Shown here in pieces: positions 1-9,215 of a stretch of DNA of 64,000 nucleotides (positions within the stretch are counted from its first letter, which is position 1; every line of letters starts with the position of its first letter). The notes under the pieces are model-generated. The model was not told where the DNA came from, did no database searches, and was given only the letters and a program-made list of their open reading frames with translations. The DNA comes from Myxococcales bacterium (GTDB lineage Bacteria > Myxococcota_A > Bradymonadia > Bradymonadales > Bradymonadaceae), in the NCBI GenBank assembly GCA_007120035.1, contig SKON01000005.1, forward strand, positions 614 to 64,613, written 5' to 3'. The translations under genes and the position numbers were made by a program.

Positions 1-209
1 GGCTTCTTCCAGAGTGCGTTGGGAGCGGCGCAGGCGGCGCAGAAGGTCCTTGCGTTGGTCACTCATCGGTCGTCCCTTGCGTTGAAGGTATCGCTGCGGT
101 ATGTATCCCCGTCTTTCCGGGGCCCTGTCGGCCGCAGGGCCAGTACACACCGGCGAGAAAGCCAGAGTTCAGGCGTCAACTTATACCATCGGGCCGGTTC
201 GGAACCACT

Positions 210-980
210 ATGCAAACGTTCCTCCTCGTTCTTCATATCGTGCTGAGTTTTGTGATCGTCGTCGTGATCTTGCTGCAGTCTGGCAAGGGCGGCGGTATGG
301 GCGCCGGATTCGGTGGCGCCGCAGCGGCGGGCCAAGAGATCTTCGGTGGTCGAGGAGCGGCGACGTTCCTGGGCAAGCTGACGGTTGTTCTGGGTGCGAC
401 GTTCATGACGACCAGCATCGCCCTGGCCTGGTTTTCCAGCAAGCCTCAATCGGTGCTCGATCTCACCCAGGGTGGGGCGGCCGGGGCTTCGCAAGCCCAG
501 GTGCACCAGATCGTCGAGGAGGGCAGCGGCCCGATGCCGGGGGCCGAAGAGCAGATCATCGATCCGTCGGTGGACTTCGGGGATCTGGAGGCGCCCGGTG
601 AGCCGGGGCAGCCCACGGAGATCCCGCCGGAGATCCTGGAGCAGCTTCAGCAGCAGCTCGACGAGATCGACGAAGGGGAAGGCCCCGTGGAGCTTCCGGA
701 GCTTCCCGTGGATGAGGTGCCCGCCGGACAGGACGCAGCCCCGGCGCCGCCGGTGCCGTCGCCACCGTCGGAGACCCAGCCCGAGGTAGAGGTGGAAGAA
801 GAGGCAGCGCCCCAGCCGGCCCCGGAGCCCGCCGTGGCCCCGGAGCCGACGCCTCGGTTGGAGCCGGAAGCCGATCGGGAGCCCGAGCCGGAAGCGGCGC
901 CGGAGCCGGAAGCAGCCCCGGAACCGGAAGCGGCGCCCGAAGAGGCTGGTGACGACGCCGACGACGAAGCCGAAGAATAA
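210..980 (+). CDS. secG: Preprotein translocase subunit SecG with a ~170-aa acidic Pro/Glu/Ala-rich C-terminal extension
   Basis: The first ~80 aa show the SecG pattern: TM1 FLLVLHIVLSFVIVVVILLQ, loop SGKGGGMGAGFGG, TM2 LTVVLGATFMTTSIALAWF. The rest is low complexity, including 3x EPEAAP. Confidence 0.85.
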   Translation: MQTFLLVLHIVLSFVIVVVILLQSGKGGGMGAGFGGAAAAGQEIFGGRGAATFLGKLTVVLGATFMTTSIALAWFSSKPQSVLDLTQGGAAGASQAQVHQIVEEGSGPMPGAEEQIIDPSVDFGDLEAPGEPGQPTEIPPEILEQLQQQLDEIDEGEGPVELPELPVDEVPAGQDAAPAPPVPSPPSETQPEVEVEEEAAPQPAPEPAVAPEPTPRLEPEADREPEPEAAPEPEAAPEPEAAPEEAGDDADDEAEE

Positions 981-1069
981 AGCGCTTCGATTGACTCAGT
1001 TCCGGGGGGTGTCGTAGTGGTCTGGGAGTACCCATTGCCCGGTGAACCACAACCGCATGCGAGAGAGCT

Positions 1070-1912
1070 ATGACGCGACACCCCCTGTTGGACCGCCTTG
1101 ACGAACATTTTCAGCGACCGCCGGCGGAGCTCGGCGCCGACGCTCGGGAGGACTTTGAGTCCTTCCTGAAGCTCTTGGAGACCGGAGCGGTGCGGGCGGC
1201 CTCGCCGGGGCCCGATGGATGGCAGGTGGAGCCCAGCGTAAAGCGGGGCATCCTCCTGGGGTTTCGATTGGGAACCAACGGGGAGATCGACGCCGGGCCG
1301 GCGCTGCAGTTCAGCGATAAGGACACCTATCCGGCCCAGCGATTCGACGTGGTAGAGCGGAATCTGCGGATCGTCCCCGGTGGGAACTCGATCCGTCGGG
1401 GGGCCTACGTGGGTCGGAACGTGACGATGATGCCGCCGGCCTTCGTGAATGTCGGGGCTTACGTGGGCGATGGGTCGATGATCGACAGCCACGCCCTGGT
1501 GGGGAGCTGCGCTCAGATCGGGGAAGGGGTGCACCTGTCGGCGAGCGCCCAGATCGGCGGGGTGCTGGAGCCGATCGGGCAGACCCCGGTGGTGGTGGAA
1601 GACGGTGTCCTGGTGGGCGGAAACACAGGACTCTACGAAGGCGTTCAGGTGGGGGCCGGGGCGGTGATTGCCGCCGGGGTGGTGATCACGGCGAGCACAC
1701 CGGTCTTCGATCTGGTGCGGGAGGAGGTCTACCGATCGACCCCGGAGGAGCCGCTGCGGATCCCCGAAGGGGCGGTGGTGATCCCCGGGAGTCGACCGGC
1801 CCGCGGGGAGTTCGCCCGAGAGCACGGGCTGCATATGGCGGCGCTCCTGATCATCAAGTACCGAGACGAGAAGACCGACGACCGAACGGCGTTGGAGGAT
1901 CTGCTGCGATGA
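1070..1912 (+). CDS. dapD: 2,3,4,5-tetrahydropyridine-2,6-dicarboxylate N-succinyltransferase
   Basis: Near full-length resemblance to DapD. It has left-handed beta-helix hexapeptide repeats (NVGAYVGDGSMIDSHALVGSCAQIGEGVHLSASAQIGGVLEP) and the typical C-terminal ...EDLLR. Confidence 0.9.
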   Translation: MTRHPLLDRLDEHFQRPPAELGADAREDFESFLKLLETGAVRAASPGPDGWQVEPSVKRGILLGFRLGTNGEIDAGPALQFSDKDTYPAQRFDVVERNLRIVPGGNSIRRGAYVGRNVTMMPPAFVNVGAYVGDGSMIDSHALVGSCAQIGEGVHLSASAQIGGVLEPIGQTPVVVEDGVLVGGNTGLYEGVQVGAGAVIAAGVVITASTPVFDLVREEVYRSTPEEPLRIPEGAVVIPGSRPARGEFAREHGLHMAALLIIKYRDEKTDDRTALEDLLR

Positions 1913-3075
1913 AGACGTTTGGGTTGTCGGCCAGGGCGGCGGCGATTCAGCCTTCTATGATCCGATCCGTGCGGGCCGGGATGAGGCCGACGACCATCGA
2001 TCTGGGATTGGGGCAGACCGATCTCCCCGTGACCCAGGCGGTGGTGGAGGCGACTCGGGACGCGCTCTCAGGTTTCCTGCGGGCACCCTACACACCGAAC
2101 GCCGGTTCTCCCGAGGCTCGAAGGGCCGTGGCGACTCATGTGGGGGTGGATCCCGAGGCGGTGATCCTCACCTGCGGGGTACAGGAGGGATTGGCGGTGG
2201 CGCTCTACGGCCTCTGTGAAGAGGGCGCCGAGGTGCTGGTGCCGGACCCGGGGTTTCCGGCCTATCCGAATCTGGTGCGCTCCGCCGGCGGGCGGCCGAT
2301 CAGCTATCCACTGAGGGCGCCCCAGGCTCCGGGAGGCCCCTGGCGGCTCTCGGCCCAGGATGTAGTGGATCGGATCACTGACAAGACGACTCTGGTGGTC
2401 TTGAATCAGCCGTCGAATCCCACGGGATCGATCGCCGATCCCGGTGAGCTCAAAGAGCTCCTGGAGGCCTTAAAGCAACGGGGGATCCTCTGGATCAGCG
2501 ACGAGATCTACGAGGACTATCTGTGGTCGGGCCAGTTCTGTCCGGCCCGACAGGTGTCCGGGGCCGGTCCGGGGATCACCCTGTCGGGGCTCTCCAAGAG
2601 CCACCACCTGATGGGGTGGCGCCTGGGGTGGATGGTGGGGCCGCCGGATCTGATCCGGGGGTTGATCCCTCTGCATCAGCATCTGGTGACCTGTGCGCCC
2701 GAGCCTGCACAGCGGGCGGCTGTGGTGGCCCTCTCGGTGCACGAGGAGGCCGTGGCAGAGACCCGATCGGTGTTAAAAAAGCGACGGGATCTGGCCCTGG
2801 AGAGCCTGGATGGCCTTGGGGTGATCACCGCCGAGGCGGCCGCGGGGGCCTTCTACCTCTTTCTCGACGTCCGGCCCTGGTTGAAGACGTTCTCGACCAC
2901 CGCCGAGATGGCCCGTGCTCTCTTGGCCGAGGAGGACGTGTTGGTGATCCCCGGTGAAGGATTCGGCGAAGGGGCGTTGGGACATTTGCGAGTTGCCTAT
3001 ACCATAGGGGGTGACCCCCTGGAGGAAGGACTCCAAAGAGTCCGCCGATTTTTGCAACGCACACGAGGAGAATGA
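1909..3075 (+). CDS. Class I/II PLP-dependent aminotransferase, possibly succinyldiaminopimelate aminotransferase by context
   Basis: PLP-lysine motif LSGLSKSHHLMGWRLGW and the NQPSNPTG motif. ATGA stop/start overlap with dapD at 1909-1912. Confidence 0.85.
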   Translation: MKTFGLSARAAAIQPSMIRSVRAGMRPTTIDLGLGQTDLPVTQAVVEATRDALSGFLRAPYTPNAGSPEARRAVATHVGVDPEAVILTCGVQEGLAVALYGLCEEGAEVLVPDPGFPAYPNLVRSAGGRPISYPLRAPQAPGGPWRLSAQDVVDRITDKTTLVVLNQPSNPTGSIADPGELKELLEALKQRGILWISDEIYEDYLWSGQFCPARQVSGAGPGITLSGLSKSHHLMGWRLGWMVGPPDLIRGLIPLHQHLVTCAPEPAQRAAVVALSVHEEAVAETRSVLKKRRDLALESLDGLGVITAEAAAGAFYLFLDVRPWLKTFSTTAEMARALLAEEDVLVIPGEGFGEGALGHLRVAYTIGGDPLEEGLQRVRRFLQRTRGE

Positions 3076-4070
3076 GAATGAGTGACGACCAGGATTTGCC
3101 CGTGGTGGATACTCGTGAGGGGGATCGCGCGTCGCTGTGGGAGGAGCGGTTCGAGATCCAGATCAACAGCTTTTTTGACGAAGCAATCGCCCGGGTGCCG
3201 GGGTTCGTGGATCGAAACCTGAAGAGCTTCTCCAAGGTGATGGGGCGGAGCCTGGGGCCCCGGACGGGGATGGCCGATCTCTTCATCTCGGCGCGAAACG
3301 TGGCCGCCGGGGTGTCGCGAAACCTGGGGGGGCCCGATTTCGCGACCTCCACGTACACCGACGACAAGCTCGGGGAGTCTTTCGAGCGAGAGGTGGTCAG
3401 CTCCGGGGAGCTGAGCAAGCTCTTGGAGCGGTTGTTTCGGGAGTTTCAGCAAGATCAGTGGAAGGCGTTCCGGGAGTCCTATGCTCAGAAGGTAGGCGAT
3501 CCGGCGCTGGCCGATGAGGAGGGCAAGGCCCTGCAGGATCATCTGGTGGCGATGATGGAGAAGGAGATCGCCCACGATCCCCTGCTGGCCCAGGCGATCC
3601 GATCCGGTGTGCGCCTGGGGATCCCGGCGAGCCTGGGATATGTGCTCTTCGGGCGGGCTACCTTCGTGGGCGGGGAGGGGGCCACCGAGGGGTACAAGAA
3701 GCATCTGGATTTCTATCGGCGCTCCTTGATCAAGCTCGGGGGGACCGAGGTGCCCGGGTGGATGGGGGCGGCGGGGATCGCCGGCGGGGTGCTGGGGAGC
3801 CTGGCGATCGGAGGCCTGATGGAGTACGCGGTGAACAATATTCGAGACATCAAGGGCCACTATATCCGCCAGATCAACGCGGCCCGGTATGTGCTGCTCT
3901 ACGGGGAGGATCCCGATGTGCCCGAAGGGCAGGGGCTGCTCCACGTGGTCCGGGGGCTGGAGCGGCAGTTTGAGAAGCTGCCGAAGCTGAGCACGGACCT
4001 CCTGAAGGGCAAGGGGGAGGACGAAGAAGAGGTGGCCGAGCTGGCGAGCGCCGGTGGGGACGAAGAATAA
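3072..4070 (+). CDS. Hypothetical protein with two C-terminal hydrophobic segments
   Basis: Long ORF with normal amino-acid composition and an ATGA overlap with the upstream aminotransferase (alternative ATG at 3078). Hydrophobic stretches are LGIPASLGYVLFG and GWMGAAGIAGGVLGSLAIGGL. No family recognised. Confidence 0.5.
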   Translation: MRMSDDQDLPVVDTREGDRASLWEERFEIQINSFFDEAIARVPGFVDRNLKSFSKVMGRSLGPRTGMADLFISARNVAAGVSRNLGGPDFATSTYTDDKLGESFEREVVSSGELSKLLERLFREFQQDQWKAFRESYAQKVGDPALADEEGKALQDHLVAMMEKEIAHDPLLAQAIRSGVRLGIPASLGYVLFGRATFVGGEGATEGYKKHLDFYRRSLIKLGGTEVPGWMGAAGIAGGVLGSLAIGGLMEYAVNNIRDIKGHYIRQINAARYVLLYGEDPDVPEGQGLLHVVRGLERQFEKLPKLSTDLLKGKGEDEEEVAELASAGGDEE

Positions 4071-4110
4071 CCCTGGAAGCTCCCTTTATAGGGCTGGATA
4101 GGAGACGGTC

Positions 4111-5133
4111 ATGGTAGGTCTTGGCGTCCTGGCGGTGGCCCTCTCCACCCTGATCTTGTTGTGTTATCTCGGGTTTATCTGGTGGCTGGATCGCTATGAG
4201 CGCGAGCCCCTGCGGTGGGTCGTCTTGACCTTCTTGTGGGGAGCCCTGGGGGCGACCTGCCTGGGGGTGCTCCTGAGCGTGGTGATGGAGTTCTCCCTGT
4301 CCATGGTGATCCCCACGGCCTACGAGGGCTTGACGTCGGCGGTGATCGTGGCGCCCCTGGCGGAAGAGTTCACCAAGGGGTTGATCTTCCTGATCCTGAT
4401 CTTCTCGAAGGAGCTCGACAATGAGACCGACGGCCTGATTTACGGGGCGGCCGTCGGCATCGGGTTCGCGATGGTGGAGAACTTGCTCTACTACGGCGCT
4501 GTAGCGCTGACGGGTACTCCGGAGATGTTCTTCTTCACCGTCTTTGCCAGGACCTTCTTCTCCGCCCTGGTCCATACGGTGTCGTCGGCCCTGTTGGGCT
4601 ACACCATCGGCTATGTGCGGCACCGGCGGCTCTTCCCGTGGCTGTGGCTGTGGCCGGTGATCGGCTTTGTGTTGGCCGTGGTGAACCACGCTCTGTGGAA
4701 CCTGGCGGCGACCCTGTCGGGGTCGGGTCTGCTGGACGGGACCCGAGAGGACCTGGAGGTGATGGGGATCGGGATGCTTTTGGTGGTCGCCATGTCGGTG
4801 ATGATGTTCGCGATCACACAGTTTTCGCTGATGCGGGAACAGAAGATCATCAAGCGGTATCTGAGAGAAGAGGCCAAAGCCGGAGTGATCCCCGAGCACC
4901 ACGTCGACATCATCCCCTACTGGTTGAAGCGTCGAAAGAAGGACTGGTTACCGCCCCAGGTGAACCACCAGGAGTACCTGAGGGTGGCGACGTTGTTGGC
5001 GTTCCGGCGGTATCAGGCCGAGACCTCGAGCCCCGCCGCGAGCAGGGAGTATGAGGAGCGGGTCAAGGAGTACCGGGCTCAGGTCCGCCAGCTTCTGGGT
5101 CAAGAGGTCAGGGACAGCCCGTGGGGTCCATAG
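4111..5133 (+). CDS. PrsW-family intramembrane metalloprotease
   Basis: Multi-TM protein with the PrsW signatures LAEEFTKG (EExxK), FSALVHTVSSAL and NHALWN. AGGAGA Shine-Dalgarno 5 nt upstream. Confidence 0.8.
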   Translation: MVGLGVLAVALSTLILLCYLGFIWWLDRYEREPLRWVVLTFLWGALGATCLGVLLSVVMEFSLSMVIPTAYEGLTSAVIVAPLAEEFTKGLIFLILIFSKELDNETDGLIYGAAVGIGFAMVENLLYYGAVALTGTPEMFFFTVFARTFFSALVHTVSSALLGYTIGYVRHRRLFPWLWLWPVIGFVLAVVNHALWNLAATLSGSGLLDGTREDLEVMGIGMLLVVAMSVMMFAITQFSLMREQKIIKRYLREEAKAGVIPEHHVDIIPYWLKRRKKDWLPPQVNHQEYLRVATLLAFRRYQAETSSPAASREYEERVKEYRAQVRQLLGQEVRDSPWGP

Positions 5134-6268
5134 CGGCGATCCAATCGGTGACCAGCTCGACGCCGAAGTGGTCGATGGTGGTCAGGGGCAGCTCGGGCAT
5201 CTTGATGGCCGGGTCCAGGCTGTTCATTCGGAAGATCATGATCGACTCGTCGGGATGGCCGGGGACGATGCTGTAGCTGAGGCCGCCGGCGCCGGTGCCG
5301 GCGGCGACGGGGCGCTTACAGATGCCGAGGTCCCGGTCGTTGGTGACGTCGATACCCAGGTAGAGGTTGGAGGGGTTGGCCCGGCCCTGAGGGTTGTGGC
5401 AGTGGGCGCAGTTGGCGTCCAGATAGGCCCGGGCCCGGTCTTCCAGAGGTTCGGAGTCGTCGTAGTAGTGGGTGATTCTCGGCAGGGTGCTCAGGTCTGG
5501 GAGCTCCTGATCGAAGAGGCCCATGTCGGCGAAGACCTCCAGTTGTGACGGGGCTCCCGGGGTGCGCTGGTAGGCCTCGCCGAGCTGGAAGGTGCGAGGT
5601 CCCAGGGGGACCATCTGGCCGTCCTGGGCGTGGCAGGTGCGGCATTGGTTCTGGTTGGGGATCCGGTAGTCGACGTGGACCTCTTCGCCGTCGTGATCGA
5701 TGTAGGTCACGTCGACGCGGCGGCCCAGGTTATGGCGCCAGGCTTCTTTCTGGTCGTCGTCCCACAGATAGGATTGTGCGGTCCACCGGTCGTCGTCTTT
5801 GATCAACAACCGGGTCTCGAGGATCAGCTCGCCGGCGTCGGGATCCCGCTCGTCGTGGGGATAGTAGAAGGTCTTGGTGATGATCGTCTGATTTGGCCAG
5901 GTCCATCGGTCGTCGACGGAGAAGCCGATGTGCTCGCCAGGGGGCAGGATGATGAATCGTTTCTTGTAGCTGCCGTCGGAGTAAAGCGGGGCGGTCACGT
6001 CGTAGGCCACGACCCCGTCGACGGGGTCGTGGTCTGCGAGGTCTCCCTGGAAAAAGCAGTATTCACTCAGGCTCTCGAAGACGGAGCCGTCTTCGTTGGC
6101 GAACCGGGGCTCACAGGGAGGTTCCTCGTCGACGTCGGCGTCGGGCTCCTCCGCGTCAGCGTCGGGGCCGGTGTCGGTGAGCCCGGCGTCGTCGGGCATC
6201 GCCGGCGGGTCATCCCCGCAGGCGGCACCCGAGAGCGCCAGCAAGAGCACGAGAGCGATTCGCTTCAT
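5108..6268 (-). CDS. Diheme c-type cytochrome lipoprotein (HNE_0200/SO_2930-like family, assigned from memory)
   Basis: Lipoprotein signal MKRIALVLLLALSGAAC. Two CxxCH motifs (CRTCHAQDG and CAHCHNPQG). Lies 8 nt downstream of the beta-helix gene on the same strand. Confidence 0.75.
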   Translation of the reverse strand: MKRIALVLLLALSGAACGDDPPAMPDDAGLTDTGPDADAEEPDADVDEEPPCEPRFANEDGSVFESLSEYCFFQGDLADHDPVDGVVAYDVTAPLYSDGSYKKRFIILPPGEHIGFSVDDRWTWPNQTIITKTFYYPHDERDPDAGELILETRLLIKDDDRWTAQSYLWDDDQKEAWRHNLGRRVDVTYIDHDGEEVHVDYRIPNQNQCRTCHAQDGQMVPLGPRTFQLGEAYQRTPGAPSQLEVFADMGLFDQELPDLSTLPRITHYYDDSEPLEDRARAYLDANCAHCHNPQGRANPSNLYLGIDVTNDRDLGICKRPVAAGTGAGGLSYSIVPGHPDESIMIFRMNSLDPAIKMPELPLTTIDHFGVELVTDWIAAMDPTGCP

Positions 6269-6276
6269 AGGGACTC

Positions 6277-7653
6277 TCAGAGGTCTACGGGATCAAGGGG
6301 GGTGAGGTCACAGTTGTTATCACCCAGCTCCTGGGTGGCCGGACCTTCGCCCTGCAAGTTTACATAGGTGGCCGGTTCGCCGTCGTCATCGACGTTGTCG
6401 GGGAAGCAGCTCAGGACGTCGGCGGGGTCGGCGGCGGGGTTGACCACGCCATCCCACAGAATTCCGGGGACCGGCCGGAGATCGGTGGCGCCGGCGGCGA
6501 GGTCGATGGGGTTTTCGCCGTTGTCATAGATGGTGTTGCCGTGGACGTAGATGGACTCGGCGAAGGGGTAGTAGTCGGGATCTTGTTCGAAGGGCAGGCC
6601 GGTGGACATGAAGCTCACCACGCCCACTCCGAGGGAGAGGTTTCCGTAGATTTCGTTGTCGAAGATCTCGACGTCTTGGACGCCGATGACCAGGATACCC
6701 GTGCCGCGGGGGACGTTCTGCACGATCCCACCGGAGGTGAAGTTCGAGGTGTTGTTTTCGTAGACCTCGTTGTCGAAGACCCGGGTCAGCCGGCCCTCTT
6801 TGCGGGGGAGGTCGGGGAGGTTGAAGATGAGGATCCCGCCGGTGTTGTTGTAGGCCTCGTTGTTGTAGACGTCGATGTTGGTGGAGTTCTCCACCTCGAT
6901 GCCGGCGACGTTCTCGAAGATCTCGTTGTTTCGAAGGATGCCGTTCTCGGACTGCCCGAGGTACAGCCCGGCGTCAGAGGCTCCGGAGACGAGACTGTTC
7001 TCCACGATCACGTCCGTGGACTGCACGGGGTAGATTCCGTAGGCGCCGTTGTCGGGGTGGGGCCCGCGCTCCCAGATGACGGCCACGTCGTCGATGTGGA
7101 CGCCGTCGCCGTTACGGACCACCAGGCCGTCGCCGGCGGTGTTGAGGATCGTCAGGGAGCGGATGGTGATGTTGTCCACGTCCTGGATGTCGATCCCGTT
7201 GGATCCCGCCTGGCCGTCGAAGTCGAGGCGGACGCCGTCGCGGCTCTCACCACGGATCTCCACGTTGGAGACGGCGAACTGCAGCTGATCGTCGAGCTCG
7301 TAGTCCCCGTCGTGGAAGCAGAGGATATCGCCGGCCTCGGCGTCAATGAACATCGCCAGGATGGCCGGCTGGTCTTCGGCGGCGTCGCCCGTGGCGGATA
7401 CTGAGGCCGTGCAGTCCTCGAAGGGATGGGTGGGATCGTCCTGGTTCTGATTCTGGTTCTGATTCTGGTTTTGATTCTGGTTTTGATTCTGGTTCTGATT
7501 CTGATTCTGGTTCTGGTTCTGGTTCTGATTCTGGTTCTGATTCTGGTTCTGATTCTGGTTCTGATTCTGGTTCTGGTTCTCTTCCGGATCATCGCCGCAA
7601 GCGAAGAGGAAGGCCGAAGCGGTGAGGGCGACCAAGAGGCGATGCAGTTTCAT
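6277..7653 (-). CDS. Parallel beta-helix repeat lipoprotein (NosD/CASH-like) with an (NQ)23 linker
   Basis: Lipobox LFAC. Repeated beta-helix turns ([29 protein letters not shown]..., [59 protein letters not shown]). Confidence 0.8.
   Translation of the reverse strand: MKLHRLLVALTASAFLFACGDDPEENQNQNQNQNQNQNQNQNQNQNQNQNQNQNQNQNQNQNQNQNQNQNQDDPTHPFEDCTASVSATGDAAEDQPAILAMFIDAEAGDILCFHDGDYELDDQLQFAVSNVEIRGESRDGVRLDFDGQAGSNGIDIQDVDNITIRSLTILNTAGDGLVVRNGDGVHIDDVAVIWERGPHPDNGAYGIYPVQSTDVIVENSLVSGASDAGLYLGQSENGILRNNEIFENVAGIEVENSTNIDVYNNEAYNNTGGILIFNLPDLPRKEGRLTRVFDNEVYENNTSNFTSGGIVQNVPRGTGILVIGVQDVEIFDNEIYGNLSLGVGVVSFMSTGLPFEQDPDYYPFAESIYVHGNTIYDNGENPIDLAAGATDLRPVPGILWDGVVNPAADPADVLSCFPDNVDDDGEPATYVNLQGEGPATQELGDNNCDLTPLDPVDL
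7441..7578 (-). repeat. Hexanucleotide microsatellite (CTGGTT/CTGATT)x23 encoding (Asn-Gln)23
   Basis: Read directly: 46 alternating CTG and GTT/ATT codon complements between the lipobox region and the beta-helix domain. Confidence 0.95.
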
Positions 7654-7950
7654 TGGGGTCTCCTAGAGGGGAAAAAATCAGTCGTATCGTCATTGTATCG
7701 TCATAGATGCTCACGATTCGCGCCATTGTACAGAAAGGTAGAGCGAGGTCAAAACTACGAGAGTCCGGCGTGGAGGGCGACGCGTTGGGAATGACCCCCG
7801 GCCGGGCACGGAAGGATATTCGAGTTTGATCTTCACCTGCGATTCCTGGATGCTGCCGCGAATTTTGACCAAGTCTTTGCTCGAAATGAGCATCCGTGAA
7901 TGAATCTTGGAGCTGCGCCGCAGTTCGTGAATTGGCCAGAGGAGTCTCCC

Positions 7951-9108
7951 ATGGATCACCTGAAGTTCGGTACCTTACGCTTGCGCATCATTGCTATCGC
8001 GCTCTTCGCACTTTCCCTGACCTTCGCGACCAGCGCGTGCTCCGAGGCCGTTGACACCGAAAACGCCTACGCCGCCGATGGTGAGGACGACAGTTTCTTC
8101 TCGGGCGGTCGCGCTGACCACCTGGGTGGATTCGAAGAGGGGAGCCTGGCCGCGCAGGGAATCCTGCGGATCGTGAACACCTATACCTTCGATGAGCTGG
8201 ACGCCCTCATCGATGTGCGGGCGGCGCGTAGCATCATCGCCTACCGGTCCGGTCCCGACGGCATCCTGGGGTCCGCCGATGACCGGCTCATCTACAGCCT
8301 GGAGGTCCTGGACTCCATCTCGTGGGTGGGCCCTCGGGCGGTGGAGCAGCTCTACAATCACATGATCGCCGAAGGGCTCCAGCCCAGCGACGAAGACCTC
8401 GTGCATGGCTTCCGCGAAGGCGGCCCGGCGGCGATCGGGATCCTCTTCGTGGTCAACACCCGTAGCTTCGAAGAGCTGGACGCCCTGATCGACGTGCGAG
8501 GGGCGCAGGGTATCGTGGACTACCGGGAGCAGCCAAATCAGGGGGAGCCCCGGCTCTTTCAGAGTCTGCGTGAGCTCGACGGCATCCCCTACGTGAGCGC
8601 CACGGCCTTCGCCATCCTGCATGGCTACGCCTCGGAGCAGGGGTATATCTCGGCTTCCTTCCCATCGGAGGATCCGGAGCCCGGTGAGGAAAACCCCCTC
8701 CTCCGCGAGGTAGAACTGATCGGCGAGGCCGCGGAGCGTAGCGCTTACTTCTCGAGCGTGTCGGAGCATTCGTACCGGTGGGCTCTCGATGGGTACAGGG
8801 TCATCCGTGATGACGTCTCCCTCGAGGATGTCGTCTCAGCTGTCATGGAGCTCGACGACTTCGTGAACAGTGATTTCCACACGATCGTGTATGAAGAGGC
8901 CCACGAGTTTTCAGCGAGAAACATTGATACAGTGGAAGCCACGGAGGCTGTCGAGGCGACCTATGGAACGGACTATACGGTCGGGTATCTCCAGGGAACG
9001 TTCCCTGCAGAAGACTCGGAGTATGTGGATTGGTACCAAGATATTGTGGTGTACTACTACGGTGCCCAGGACCTGGCTGTTGTGTTTACCGACGAGTTCA
9101 TCTGGTAG
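7951..9108 (+). CDS. Lipoprotein with two tandem ComEA-like helix-hairpin-helix modules and an unassigned C-terminal domain
   Basis: GAGGAG SD 7 nt before the ATG at 7951. Lipobox LTFATSAC. Internal duplication: GILRIVNTYTFDELDALIDVRAARSIIAYR versus GILFVVNTRSFEELDALIDVRGAQGIVDYR. Confidence 0.7.
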   Translation: MDHLKFGTLRLRIIAIALFALSLTFATSACSEAVDTENAYAADGEDDSFFSGGRADHLGGFEEGSLAAQGILRIVNTYTFDELDALIDVRAARSIIAYRSGPDGILGSADDRLIYSLEVLDSISWVGPRAVEQLYNHMIAEGLQPSDEDLVHGFREGGPAAIGILFVVNTRSFEELDALIDVRGAQGIVDYREQPNQGEPRLFQSLRELDGIPYVSATAFAILHGYASEQGYISASFPSEDPEPGEENPLLREVELIGEAAERSAYFSSVSEHSYRWALDGYRVIRDDVSLEDVVSAVMELDDFVNSDFHTIVYEEAHEFSARNIDTVEATEAVEATYGTDYTVGYLQGTFPAEDSEYVDWYQDIVVYYYGAQDLAVVFTDEFIW

Positions 9109-9146
9109 GACAGCAAGGTAAGGAGAACAGGTAAGGAGAACCAGTA

Positions 9147-9195
9147 GTCGGCCCGACCCTCTCCGCGGAGGACTCGGGCCGACCGTCTTTCTTGG
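9147..9195 (+). terminator. Hairpin downstream of the HhH lipoprotein gene
   Basis: 10-bp perfect stem GTCGGCCCGA / TCGGGCCGAC (9147-9156 / 9174-9183) followed by CGTCTTTCTT. The T tract is weak. Confidence 0.4.
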
Positions 9196-9215
9196 GACTT
9201 CGGAGCAAGAAACGC

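Noticed and set aside
1-66. Possible 5' end of a minus-strand gene leaving the window (MSDQRKDLLRRLRRSQRTLEEA...)
   Set aside because: Only 22 codons are visible and the SD is weak. That is too little to support a call.
7441-7578. Short tandem repeats here and at 16444-16512 as a CRISPR-like array
   Set aside because: The units are 6 nt with no spacers and lie in frame inside coding sequences. They are coding microsatellites, not CRISPR.
7900-7950. Upstream extension of the HhH lipoprotein ORF given in the track (start 7900)
   Set aside because: The ATG at 7951 is preceded by GAGGAG at the correct spacing and immediately gives a lipoprotein signal peptide. The extension adds a non-signal-like leader.
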